Below, piece after piece: positions 36,477 through 49,900 of a stretch of DNA of 64,000 bases. The stretch comes from Antedon mediterranea. Its lineage: Eukaryota; Animalia; Echinodermata. Position numbers and translations under genes: made by a program. A model generated the notes under the pieces. It made no database searches. It saw nothing but the letters and a program-made list of their open reading frames with translations, and had not been told where the DNA came from. Position 1 is the first letter of the stretch. Each line of letters opens with the position of its first letter. The stretch lies in contig NC_092679.1 of assembly GCF_964355755.1 (NCBI RefSeq), forward strand, positions 21,931,432-21,995,431. The letters are read 5' to 3'.

Positions 36477-37169
36477 ATTAAAGGTATCGGTATAAATAAT
36501 AGTGGGCGTAAACTTGGGAATGTCACTGGCGTGCCAAAGCCGGAAAATACGATGCCAGCTCATTATTTCAATAATACAAGAATTTATTACAAACCTATCT
36601 TGCAGACCTATATTTAGTATATTTTTCTTTATCAAGAGTAAGAGCTATAAGAATTATCAGGATTTGTTTTGTTTATCCAAAATAACGGGTCGAAATTGCA
36701 TTTTTCGCCAGATCGGGAGATGACTTTATTTGACTTATAAATTATCGGAAGACTCTCGTCAATATCGGGGGAGTTTGTAGGTCTGCATGTTAACCGTTAG
36801 TTTTAAAACCTACTTCCAACGTCGATACGTTTGTATTTTAACTATTTTATGGGAAACGTTAAAATCAACGTTCTATAACAGTTATTGCATACCAATCGTT
36901 GTTGTACAAACGACTTGCTCCAAGTCTGTATTTATTGTCTTTTTTATGTCATTTCTACACGTCGTCGTTTTGATTTTTGTCCGAGTATCCAAACTCAAGT
37001 AATACACGTATGAAACGTCATATGTGCAAAATTGTTTATATTTTTTCACTTTTATTTTTTTTTCACTTGCGTTGCGTTACGTCCTTGTGTTGCGTCGCTA
37101 GTGGGAACCACACTTAATGTACATAATAATAGGGGCGTTACTCGCTTATAAGAAATTGGTTTCTGTAAT

Positions 37170-40100
37170 CTAATAATTACATTGATCTGTTACTAGTCTT
37201 AATACACCATCTTTGTTCAATTGCGTCAGCGAAACATATTCCTGAGGCATACTGTGTCTGCTATCAGTGTAGTTATATTTCACTGTTTCGTAATAATGAT
37301 GCCGAATAGGTCGACCATGCGTGTCTTTGTAGAATGGAAAAAACCCATATAAACTGATTTTATCACAATAATAATTCATAGCAGAAAACATATTTAGACC
37401 GCTGGAGGGAAGTCGTAAACGCCACAACCTAAAAAAAAAAAGAAAATTTAAAAGTAGTAAAAATACTGAGAAATGATTGTTACGTACAATTGAACTCTCG
37501 TCACTCTGAAGAGTACCGGTAAAGTTTGGTTTCTCGCAAGAACGTAAGCCGCACCGGAAGCGAATTGATCAATCACAAGAAACGGTTCGAATAATCCATC
37601 GCTTGGATTGGCCAATTTGCTTGCGTTCCGGCTTACGTCAGATTGCGTTGCGTTGTAGACTAGACTAGACACTAGAACGTAACGCAAGGACGTAAACGCA
37701 ATGCAAGCGTTTTAACCAATGACAAGCGAAGTTATAGACAGTTAGCAATCACAAGCGAATAAGCCATCGCTTGTGATTGGTCAATTCACTTGCGTTGCGT
37801 TACGTCCTTGTGTTGCGTCGCTAGTGGGAACCACGCTTTAGATCCGCGAAAACGCAACATTATGTTATGCACATATGGGGAAATATTATAAGATGTCTAT
37901 CATCCTGACCTGACATATAATTGTGTATACTCACGAAATATGTCTAATTTCTGTCATATCAAAGCAATCTAACAACATAATGCTGAACTCCGGAGATCAA
38001 AGTGGTTATCTGTGGCTGCGAGACGATCAGCGCGCGCTGCGAGGAATATGTACATAGTCACAGCAGTGTTGGTATTTGTCGCTGCCAGACATAAGATCAA
38101 AGGACTGTTACGAGTTCTTATCTCGACAAAGTAAGTTCAGTATTAAATATCTTTTTATTGGTCATATATTTTTATTAGTCATATTATACAGTAGTCTAAA
38201 CGGTGTACCAGATATTATCAGTGCTGTATTTCCATATACTATAATATTGATAAAGACGATAATAAGATATTATCTTATCAATATTCTTTAAAAGAATATT
38301 TGGTATGATACATGTGATATGATATTACCAACTATTCCTGGGCAAATCGAGATACAGTATGGGTTGGTATAAACTGTAGGTAGGCCCTATAGTGGTAGCA
38401 TATTGAAAATTTATTTTTTTGACATGAGATGTCATCAAAGTAAAATGGCCGTATCCGAAGAACATTTTAAGAGAAAACTGGTTAAAAAAAATCATGTTTT
38501 AAAGATCCAGGCGACCACATGATGATGATGACGTCAGGTGATTGAAACATGCGATGTTGAGTTTAGCCTATGCTACCAAATATTGAAAGAAAGACTGGGA
38601 GAAAATAATGACATATATTAGAAACTAAACTTAATTTCCAAAAGGTTTCTTAAAAAAGGTTTAACCAACTTACTCTTTCGACAAATCCATCGGCGTTGAA
38701 ATTGAGTAAGCGATCCTAAAATTGACAAACCCCAACTTCATACCAACCGCTTTTAGCGCACTTGTTTCTTTGCCACCTGCCCCCAAAGGGTACCATGCAA
38801 TTGTGTTGTTAAAAGTTCTAAACATCTTTAATAGACCACGATCGACTATTTTTCTCCCTCCAATTCGTTGTTTGAGTAGACGCATAGACGCTTGATTAAA
38901 CGCCATTATACTAGTTTTTTTACCGACATCATTTTCAAATCCTAAAATCCTTGCACAGTTTGCGCGTACGACCAAATCATGTGCGTCGATTTCGCGTCCA
39001 CATCCGCTATTTAGTAAAATCCCAGAATTTCCGATGATTGCGCATGTGTCGTGATGTTGCAGGAATTCCGTTGTATTCGCTTTTTTAAGTTTGTTAAGGT
39101 TTCTGTTGAATATCATGTACTTCGCGGGTGTGTTGTGTTTGTATATGATTAGTGATAATTTTCCATCGATGTGCTTGCTAATGTTTTGCCTTTGAAAACA
39201 AAGAGTCATACAAAAGATTAGTTACAGTATTATATATTATTAAAAAATGTATTTTTATATGGTTTACTACGGCAGCTTCTAAGTGCCATCCATTTGGCGA
39301 CTTGTCAAGATAATTTATCAAGTCGACATAAATACGACTATTATGTCGACATAGTGACCATTTTGTCGTCATGGCGAGATACATTATCATGCCAAGTTGA
39401 CTTCACAAAAATTGACAAGTGGGTGACACTTAGAAGCTTCCGTAGTTTACTGTATAAATCATACGCTATTATGGAACTAATCAAATTATTCATGGTTTAT
39501 TTCAAATTAGTAATTAATATAACAATAAACACAGTATTTTACTTTTGGCAACTCTCTGGTTTGGAATTTATTTCGGTATTTTAAACCTACATCAATCCAT
39601 TCAGCAAATTGAAAACAAAAGTAGGCCTAATTTTAAGAAAAATGTTAAATCATATTTTTTTTCAACCAAATAACTATAAGTCAATCATAGTCTGTTTTAT
39701 ATATATTATTGTTTTTGTTATATTTACGTGTTTAATGCAATAATTTGTAACGTTTATATTTTTTATTGTAGATTATAAAAGGATCCCAATGGAAATAAGT
39801 TAATAAGCTTTATTGGTTATCATGGAAAATCTTTTATAATGGATTATTTGTAATGTCAGTAATTTATGTTTGTATGCATTTTTTATGATGATTTTCCTAA
39901 TAAATTCAAAACAATAGGTTTAACGGGGCTTAATCTCATCATCTGATAACCTCTTCTTGATATCTGTTTATATAAGTATCCCTGTTTTAGAGCCGAAAGT
40001 TACCTCATATTTTGCAATTACGTCATGTTGATGTTTCTCCAGTCAATAACAACATCCCCTGGTGATTTTTGTGATGGTCTGGCTGTCGGTGTTGATGACG

Positions 40101-41752
40101 TCGTTGACCAGATGTTCTGGTGTCTTTTAGAAGATGTTTGCGAAGCAGTTCGTAAGAAGTAGCTATTGTTATTATATTGTAATGTTTTTAGTATTCGATT
40201 TTGAGTATACATCCTAGAGAAAAATAACAGAGAGATATATAATCTATTGTAGGTTGTTAAATAATATTTGCTATCTGGGTCCCGTGACTTAAAAGTTTAG
40301 TGTCAAGCGGGTCAAAATCAGACAAACGCAACAGCACCTGCAAACAAATTAATAAAACAAGGATTTAGAAGGGAAAACAATTGTCCGATTTCAAATGGTT
40401 ATTGCATACTTTATAAAATGTTGTTATACAAAGAGAAAGTGCAAAGTGAGTGAGGTGAGCAGATGAAGTAGGTTTGATGACGTGGACCTTTCTTAAACCG
40501 AATGTCTATATTAAAACGCTTCTCAGTTTATAATAAACAAAGACGTCCCACTGACTATGCAGTGTACAATCATCGCCTGCAATACTTGATTTCACAGGCA
40601 GAGAGCGAAAGTTATAAACTTGCCTAGGTCCGTCTTAGCCCAACATGTTGTAGACAAACCATGACATTTTGGAAGCGTGACGGGAGGTGAAATTGATTTG
40701 TACACCGGAGTAACCCCCTACTAGTCTCGAAAGATGTACTTGGTTCTAGTGCACATGAGCCAGATGTGTGTACACTGGACCTACTATTTATAGTCCTTAT
40801 CCGAGAAGACTCGTTCTACCACCAGAAGCATGGTGCGAGTGAGCTTCGAACCCTTGCCGATTTTGGCTGCGTATTACTGTTCCACTGTGTATGTGGGATA
40901 TAAAATGTGTGTTCGTATAGGCCTAGGCCTAATTAATTGTGTGTTTTTAAATTCTTTTTGGGCTAAATTCTTTCCATTCAGACCATTATATTATGGATTA
41001 GATCTAATCTATGCGGCGGGGCCCCATCGGGGGCCCCATCGTCTTTTATGCTACTTACATTATTATTTGCCACACAGACTTACATGCGGCCAACCCTATA
41101 AGTAGGCCTACAAACACGAATCCGGTAAATAATTATGTTCATCATATTTTCCATATACAAAATACATCCCTATTAAGGAGAATATGGGTTTCGGTTTGGT
41201 CGTGATTTGACTCGTTCCTAAAGAAAGTTTCCCTTATGAGGTGTCAGCAACGTATAACCTCGATCATGGAGAAATATGTTGGGATAAAGCTCTGTCTACA
41301 CAATCAAACATTATGAAACAAAAAAAATGTGATGTGCCCATTATATGGACATGATGATGTCATATCACTACCATATTTGGGTATATCACTACCATATTTG
41401 GGCACATCACACTTTTGTTGTTAAACTAGTTTGATGGTGTACACAGAGCTTATTAAATTTCTCTATGCCTCGATCAAATAAGTCTATTTAGTTAACATAT
41501 GCTGGTTTTTTTTAAACTGGTATAATGTACCGCATTTTAACAACATGCCAAAAATACACTTTATGATTGGTCAGATCATAATGGATATACTAGTTTAGAC
41601 TATAATATCATGTACAAATTTATATGGAGGACACACGGGCTTGGTCGGACTACTTACCATTTTCTGGAAGACATGTATTGGAACATAAATCCAGAAATGC
41701 ATAAAACGTATATGATTGCCAGCATAACATAAGTAGGCTTGAGTTTTTTCAT
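37170..41752 (-). pseudogene. Alpha-2,8-sialyltransferase-like copy B with a premature TAA in exon 2 (pseudogene, null allele or exon-skipping gene). Exons: 41658-41752, 40004-40213, 38674-39189, 37170-37428
   Basis: Same 4-exon structure, membrane anchor and sialylmotifs L/S/III/VS as copy A. The codon that is TCA (Ser) in copy A is TAA at 40018-40020. The other exons are open and the splice sites are intact. Confidence 0.75.
40700..40870 (-). mobile_element. tRNA-derived SINE with a Deu-domain-like core. Other copies at ~52425-52629 (with A and B boxes), ~26500-26590 and ~29375-29420
   Basis: Minus-strand B-box-like GGTTCGAA and core AGTCTTCTCGGATAAGGACTATAAA. The 52.6-kb copy has an A-box-like TGGCCAAGCGG. 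Confidence 0.65.
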
Positions 41753-42630
41753 CGTCGTCACTATCTAATCGCTTTAATTTTACTGGCTCTCAATACCAAT
41801 GCTCTTTTCGGCGGAACGGGCCACGTAACAGATTTTTTACCAGGATTCGATTAGTCGTCCGGAGGAGATAACGATTATTAAACCATTTATTTTTCTTTCT
41901 AACTAGCTAGTGTAGCACTACAGCTGACTTGAAGAAGCTGACGTGTGATAATGCAACAATATAGGCGAGGCCTACAAAGTTTGTTTTTTTTATTTAATGG
42001 CTTTTTTTGCTCCACATCATCATTAAACAAAAAACTCGCCTATAGAACTTAATCAAGCAAAGCATTCTTTTGTGAAGAATTGTATTCATTTGGTCCCTGA
42101 TTTGTATGGTATTTTCATAATTGTGTAAAGTTATTGACCATGAAGGTTGTTTGGCTAAACAGGGCGTTTTCAGAACAGCTTTGTCCGTTTTAAAACACAT
42201 AATTGAACTTGTTGGGTGAGAGTTGTTCGTAGTTTTCTACGGGAATGTTTCATTCATTTGACATGAGCGATGTGTAAAAACTCAAAATGAGACATCGTTC
42301 GCCAACGACCCGATTGTATTATTATTAAGAACTTTAGTTGTATGTTTCTCTATTGGATGCTTCTGTGTTTAAGCAGATATTTTGAAAAATGTAAACAAAT
42401 GAACCGGATCACTTTCTCGTCTTTTAATGGCGGGAAAAACCAATAGATCTTACCGTAAAAACATCAATTTATATTTATGTGAATCTGATTATTTAAAATA
42501 TATAATTATGTATGCATGTATGAGAATACAGGTATAGTAAGAAACACACAAGAGTAAGAAAAACATTTTTTATAATTTTTTTTTTCTCAAGACTTTCGCA
42601 TTTTAAAATAATGTATAGGCCTATAGTCTG

Positions 42631-43855
42631 TAAGATAAGATAAGATAAGATAACTTTTATTGATCCTCAAAAAGGAAATTCATTGCTCGTCATAATAACA
42701 AAGAAAACACTATAAAAACAAATATAGCATAAAACCATTCATATAAAAACATCTAAAAAATTACAATATAAAATTATCTTCTTGACTTCCTGTTGTACTG
42801 GATGATACCGGAGGGAATAAAGGATTTAGCAAATCGATTTGTTTTCACACTGAGGAGCCTCAATCTACCACTTGGATTAAGTTGGTCTATGATCACTTTG
42901 TGGAGAGGATGAGAGGCATCCGACTCAATGCGTTCGAAATCTTTCTGGAGGTGTTCTAGGTGCACATCGGTAAAGGAAGGCAGTTCCAGACCAATCATTT
43001 TACCAGCCCGACGGATGAAAGTTTCAAGGCGTCCTTTATTCCCTCCGGTAACATTACCAGCCCAACAGGAGAGGCAATACGTCCAAACACTAATAACGGA
43101 TCTATAGAACGAAAGTAACATCAAATCACAGGAGTTAAATTTATATAAAGTTCTCATACAATACATTCTGGGACTTAATTTTTTGCTGATGAAGTCTATA
43201 TGGTCTCCCCAACTCAGTTTATTATTGAAAACAATTCCTAGATACTTGTACTGGTCAACAATTTCAATTTCTTTACCTTTGATAGTGATTGGTTGAAAAT
43301 TAAATTTATGTTTAGTCCTAAAATCAATGATCATCTCCTTTGTTTTTGATGCATTTATTTGGAGATAATTATCGTCACAAAATTTAACAAATCTTTGTAT
43401 TTCGCTACGATAATTTTCATCATTGTTTGAAACTATGAGACCAATAGTACTAGTGTCATCAGCGAATTTAACAACGGGGCAAATCTCATCATTTAAAGAT
43501 CTGTAATCCGCCGTATACAAGGAATATAATTTAGGTGCGTTGACAGTACCCTGAGGAACACCGGTGTCAGAGGTTACGATTTCTGACTTAACACCATTAA
43601 TATTAACAAATTGTTTTCTATCACAAATGAAATTTAAAACTAAACGAACAATCGGACGGGGAAACTCCATATTCAACATTTTGTCTGCTAAGATATGGGG
43701 TTGTATGGTATTAAACGCAGATTGAAAATCAAAATACATAATACGTGCCGAGTGGCCTTTCTTTACATTATCTAGATGTGAATACAATTTATGTAGTTTA
43801 AAATAAATCGCATCACTGGTACTACGGAGTGATCGGTAAGCAAATTGCAACGGCC
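42631..43855 (-). mobile_element. 5'-truncated non-LTR retrotransposon (Rex1/Babar-like); uninterrupted RT and C-terminal ORF at 42774-43850
   Basis: RT motifs DFQSAFNTI, GVPQG, KFADD, KTKEMIIDFR and YKYLG. The 3' UTR ends in AATAAA plus a (TCTTA)n tail at ~42631-42652. Confidence 0.9.
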
Positions 43856-44258
43856 CGTAGGCCTATATAGGCCTAGTGTAAAAAATGAATTATATATCTA
43901 GAAAATACTTGAAATAATTACATAACATTAGTAATTGTATCTTTTGCAGTAGACCTACATTTATTAGTTAAGTGTTTACAATTTAGATGTTGAGAATTAT
44001 AGAACAAAAAAAATATTATAAAATTATGAAGAATGGTGGATTTAACAGAAAAGAAATATTAATTCTAAGAACAGTAACATTGATAAAATCACATAATGTA
44101 AATATATATTTTAAAAAAAAACAAAAGTGAGAATAAAAATGAAATAGTTATTATTATACTGTAATTATTATCACAGAAGTTTTCAATTATTGTATTAACC
44201 TGTTGAAGATAAAATGAAAAAATAGTGATTAACGCCAAAAAAAAGAGAGAAAAAACCT

Positions 44259-46020
44259 TGATTTGATTTGAATTTATTCGGAAGTACACAAATATACATT
44301 ACAATTGGTAAACAAGAACAATTAAACCATACGGTAGTCTTCCATGGATAACCCAAAAAAGCCGGTAAATATCATTCCAGCTTATTTCCATTGGGGTCCA
44401 TTATATACATACATACAAACAATAAAATATTAAACCAGTAAAACAATAAAACATAGCATATAAAAGCATACTGTATATAAAATTGATTATTAAAATAATA
44501 TTTCATGTCATTCTTTAAAATCTTATAGTAAGTTAAAATTTATTTATTCATGAGACGTTGCTAAATATTCCTTTACTTTAAATCTAAAATCTGTCTTGTT
44601 AAAAATGGTTTTTAAAATGTGTGGTAATAGGTTCCATTGTTGTGCTGCTGTGTAGAAGAATGTGTCTTTGATATATGTGTCTGATTTAGACAGGTAGAAT
44701 GTATGAGAGCTTCTTCTTGTGATATTTTGGATGGTGGATGTCTTGGAGAAGTGTGTGTACATGTATGGAATGGCTTGGTTGTTGAATATTTTGTGAACAT
44801 GGTTTAGTTTTAATTGTTTAAACCGACTTTCAATATTAAGTTGACCAATAGATTTAAGTTCTTCCTTACCAATATGGGACCTGTTATCCCAGTTACAAAT
44901 CAATCTGGCAACTTTATTTTGGGCAACTTGAAGTTTTCCCTATAGTAACTGGTAAGTCCAGAATACCATGCACAACACGCATAATCAAAGTGACAAAGTA
45001 TGAGGGCGTTACTTAAAAGTTTACGATTTGATCTATTAAGATAACAACTTTGTCGATACAAATATTTAAGTCGTGCATACATTTTTGCAAGTACGGTTTC
45101 TACCATGGTTTCACCACGAAGATCTTCATCCATATAACATCCTAAGTATTTAACAGAATGCTTCCGTCATAGTTCTTTACCATTACAATGTACTTTAAAT
45201 TCTTCAACATTTTTAACTTTTTTCTTTGGGCCAAAAGAATAGCCTCAGTTTTATCAACGTGTAATGAAAGTTCATTATTGATTAACCAAGTGTGACATGA
45301 ATCAAGGTTGGTACTTAAAGAATTTGCAATATTTTCCGGGCTGTTACCAGAAACTAATAATGCGGTATCATCTGCATATAAGATAGTTTTACAGTTCGTA
45401 CTAATAGAGATATCATTTATATAGCATGTGAAAAGCAAAGGACCGAGTATGCTTCCTTGTGGAACACCGGTATTTATTAAACAATATTTTGATTGAACAT
45501 CATTCGAACAAACTACTTGTTTACGGCCAGTTAAGTATGACTTAAACCACTTTAAAGAATTAGGACAAACGCCCATTACACTAAGTTTATCAAGAAGTAT
45601 TGAATGCTTTACGGCATCAAATGCCTTTCTTAAGTCTAATAATACCATTCCTGTGTAATTACCTTTCGATGATTCATATCGAATGTAGTCGTGAATATAA
45701 ATTAAACATGTTTCTGTAGAGTAATCTCCTCTAAATCAAGATTGAAAATCATCTACCAGCTTGGCTTTATTTAAATAAACAGTAAACTGCTTGTAGACTA
45801 TCTTTTCCAACAACTTTGATATTACAGGAAGAACACTTATGGGTCTATAGTTACTTGCATCACTTTTGGAGCCTTTCTTATAAAGTGGAGTAATCTTAGC
45901 GTACTTAAATTCATCTGGGAATATATTACATGAAATAGAAAGGTTAGTGATGAAGGTGACAGGAGAAGCAATTGCAATAGACCCATCTTTAAGAAGGCAA
46001 GTTGTCCAATCCACAGCTTT
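44259..46020 (-). mobile_element. Degenerate 5'-truncated CR1/L2-group LINE with a frameshifted ORF2
   Basis: ORF pieces contain NYRPISVLPVISKLLEKIV, LDLRKAFD, GVPQGSILGPLLF, LYADD and HFDYAC in different frames. The tail reads AATAAATTCAAATCAAATC. A related 3'-end fragment lies at ~39780-39910 (+). Confidence 0.9.
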
Positions 46021-46527
46021 TACCAATTTTCAGATTTTCAAGCTCCTTCAAAATCTCTTCCCCAGTAACTTCTTTAATTTCAAATTTATTTTCGCTCACT
46101 TTCTTGTCATAATAAGCCTTAATGCTGTTTTCGAGATCTCAAACAAATCTGGACAGGGTTTTAGCTGAGATGAAAGTTTCGATGCTGTAGTTGTTGTATA
46201 TTATAAGATACAGGTTAGGATAACCATTCAAAATCTCCATATAAAGCCACTTGAGTCAATGCTGGTGCGTATCGCCTCCATCTGCGTTTGAAGCCCTCAA
46301 TCTAAATTGGTCCCTCCAGTCCAGAGCAAGCATAGCCAATAGAAGGTAAAACTATTATTTCCATAAAAATGTTGTCAATTTGACAATTTATGTTCACATA
46401 AATGTCTTGATATGAACACTACGAGATATAATAGGTCTTTATGTGATGTAATGTTTGCCAAGATCCCGTTAATAAACTTGCTAGAGGGGGCCATCCAGAG
46501 AGCAGAGCTATGACAGAGGCTGCTTTG

Positions 46528-46844
46528 TACGAAAGCCCATTAGGGCAAAAAATATATATACATTACTTTCAGAAATTCGAAATTTCGAATTAATTATACG
46601 AAATAACGAATTAATAATTGGAAGTCCTTTTGCTCTTCATATTATGTGTAAAAATGGGCAAAACGATTGTACTAGTACGAAAGCCCATTAGGGCCAAAAA
46701 AAAAAAGATATTACTTTCAGAAATTCTAAATAACGAATTACTAATTTGAAATTTCGAATTATAAATTTGAAATTTTGAATTACTATACAGTATTAATTTA
46801 AAATTTCGAAAGTAATATTTTTTTTATCCTAATGTGCTTCCGTA
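46528..46844. mobile_element. Small TIR element (TACGAAAGCCCATTAGG...CCTAATGTGCTTCCGTA) with a duplicated left end, just upstream of CGRRF1
   Basis: Left motif at ~46528 and ~46676, inverted motif at ~46828-46844; internal TTCGAA(A)TT repeats. Confidence 0.55.
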
Positions 46845-46958
46845 GCTCTGGAGGTGCGCGCAGGAGGAGAGGGGGAACAGCAGCAAATTACATTTATAAC
46901 ATAGAGGGCGCTATATAGACCGACCCTGGGGGGAAAAAAAGAGGACCGGGTTGCCGTC

Positions 46959-49900
46959 ATGATGGATGGCGCAAGTTTTGCAGAGATCTCAGAAATATAT
47001 TGCATAGTGTTTATTTCATTCATAATATCATCATTTTGTATATTATTAGTTATATTTAAAAGGTATGATATTAATACTAGGCTAGGCCTAGATTAGTTAG
47101 GAGGAGAGGAGGAGCTAGAGGCTAGGCTAAATAAGCCTAGCCTACCAACTCTTCTACTACTACGGTACTACTACTAGGCTAAGTAGTAGCCTACACTCAC
47201 TGCTAGGCCGCGCCTTTAGGGGCCTAGAAAGTCTAGGCTAGTAGTCTAGTAGTAGTATCTATTTAATACTAATAGTAAACCTTTTACTAATTACCGTTCT
47301 ACCACCCATATAATAGGCCTATTAGGCCTATATAGCCTTGTACGTAAAAATAAAATAAAAATAAAAAATAAGAACAATCTGAGATCTGATATATAGCCTA
47401 CTGTGCGTTTGCTTCCTAGTATTCTGTATACAATATTTTTTGCATATTAACATTTATTTATTTTCAATGACATAGGCCTAGCCTAGCTAGGCTAGTAACA
47501 ACAAAAAAAGAAGATACATAATAATATGACAAAGTAACATTGAAAGAAGCCTTGATCCCTATGATAGAGGACTTGTGTTGGGCAAGCCTAAAACATAAAA
47601 TAAAGTGACATTTAATGAAAAAATAGATAAAGATATATTTTGATTACATTATATGCAATAATAATAAAAATATTATTATATATATATATATAATATAGGC
47701 CTAGCTAGTAAGAAAAAAAAAAGCCCTCCCTCCCCTGAAATGTATGTGTTATGCGCGATTTGAACGATTTGCGCAATTTGAAATTGCGCAATCAACTTGC
47801 GCAATTTCAAATTGCGCAAGAAAATCTTTGCGCAATTTTAAATTGCGCTGCACAATTTGTAAATACAATATGACACCTTTGCGCAATTTGAAAACGAACT
47901 GTAAATTTTCCCATACATGGCTAGGCTAGGCCTAGGCAGAGGAGTTTAAAATGTAGTATTTTATTATATAAATAAGACCATTTCAATGAAGATAATGTTT
48001 AATACTCACTTTTTAAGTTTTTAATATTAGTTTAAGCTAGGCCATGTAACCTAGTCAGTATCAGTAGTCCAGACCCTAGCTAGGCTAGAGTAGTAGGCTA
48101 TAGCCGGCCGCCCGCGCCGCGCCCGCCTGGTGGAACACCACCGCTTCATTTTCCTTCGTCGGTTCTTCGACGGTATGCTAACTTATAACAATATTTGCAC
48201 TACTAAAATAAGGAAATGCGATATTTATCTTTAATTTTGAATCATTCTTAGAAATTACTATAAAAATATGGGGGTGCATGATTTCACAATCTGTCGAAAA
48301 ACCTTGCGCAATTTGCAGATTACTTGCGCAATTTAATACGTTGCTTGCGCAATTTGAAACACATGTTTCAATTCAAATTGCGCAAGGATTTTTTTTGCGC
48401 AATTTCAAATTGCGCAAATCGTTCAAATCGCGCATAACATATGTATTCATAGGTTGATGCTTAACTAGTATATTTTTTTATTTGTCCTTAAATATAATAT
48501 GAATAATTGAATCATTTTTTTGGGGGGTTCTAGGCAAGGCTTAGCACCTGTGATACGATTATCAAGGAATGACAGTAGCATGGACTATGACATGCCTGGC
48601 ACTGTAATGGTTGGCCTAGGCAATCCTTATATATTGAGTATAACGCACCCAGAGTCTGCCACTTTAAAAGGTAAGTGAGCATTTTGATTGAGTGAAAATT
48701 TTAAAATGATGTTGTCTAGGCTAGTGTCCTACTCCACATCCAAAATTGGATGTCTTTTCAAATGGTTTAGGCATTTAGCCTCATAACAACAAATATTAAA
48801 TGTTTTATATTTATGCAATAGAACAAATAATTTCATTTGATTCTTTACAAGTTTTTATATGGTGCCCTACAAAGAACAGAGCGCACAATAATTAATTAAA
48901 ATGAAAAGTTTGATGAAATGAAAGATGAAATGTTCTATTTTCACCTCAAATTATTAAATTTATACCATTGCACTCATAATCATTCATTATTTGTATACTA
49001 TGCTGGTTTTTATGATAAAAAAAAAAAAAATATTATTTTGCAGATGGTGTTCAGGTGAAACTGACATCCTCAGTTGCGTGCAAGGTAACTGTCTACTGGG
49101 GGTTGCATTGTGACGTCCTCAAACACACACTATGCGTCCAGAAAAAGCGACTGACCGGTACAGACTGCTTAGACATGCTCAAAGATAAAGCAATTGCTGC
49201 CAACGTACCGGAATAGTATCCTTTTCATTTCCTAGAGGGGGTACTCTAAATTCTGAAATTCGCAACGCAAAATATAGAACTTTCAGGATAATTTTAACTA
49301 TTTTTAGCCCCTCCCCACCCCCCTTCCTCCATTTTAGAATCTTGTATCTGCCACTAAAAGTAATAAATCTCACCGTATTTGACAATTCTTTAAAGACATT
49401 AAAACATTTTTTTTTAAATTAAAAATTTTATTCTTTATGAATTCACGAACATGTTTGCTCCTAATTGATTACATGCTAGGTATACAAAAACATGGATGAG
49501 GCGACTACCATTGGGCAACCATGCATCTAAATTAGATGTTGATTGTGCCCATAGAAGTTAACCCTGAATTTTTTTTCTTTTAAACAATTCGTTTTATGTT
49601 TCTTTTTTAACTTTGTAAATATTGTCTGTCTTTATATTGTGATTACAATTTTTTTTTAAAGTTTTTTTGATGTCTTATATGAATGTTTTCAATCTATTGC
49701 TCAAAAAACAGGACCATATGTAAAACAGGTGCAATTTCTATACCTGATATGTTTTTAACCTGTCTAAATATGTTTTAAATTAAACAAAAAAATAAAGTAA
49801 AAAAACCTGTGCCGATAGTTAAATATCCTGTGTGGAGGCTATCGACACAATCATGTGTGGAATTAACTATTTCTACTGGAAAAATCAACCATGCTCCGTA

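Noticed and set aside
42774-43850. Domesticated RT gene or retron-like system
   Set aside because: It starts mid-RT domain and has a LINE-type 3' UTR and simple-repeat tail, so it is an ordinary 5'-truncated retrotransposon.
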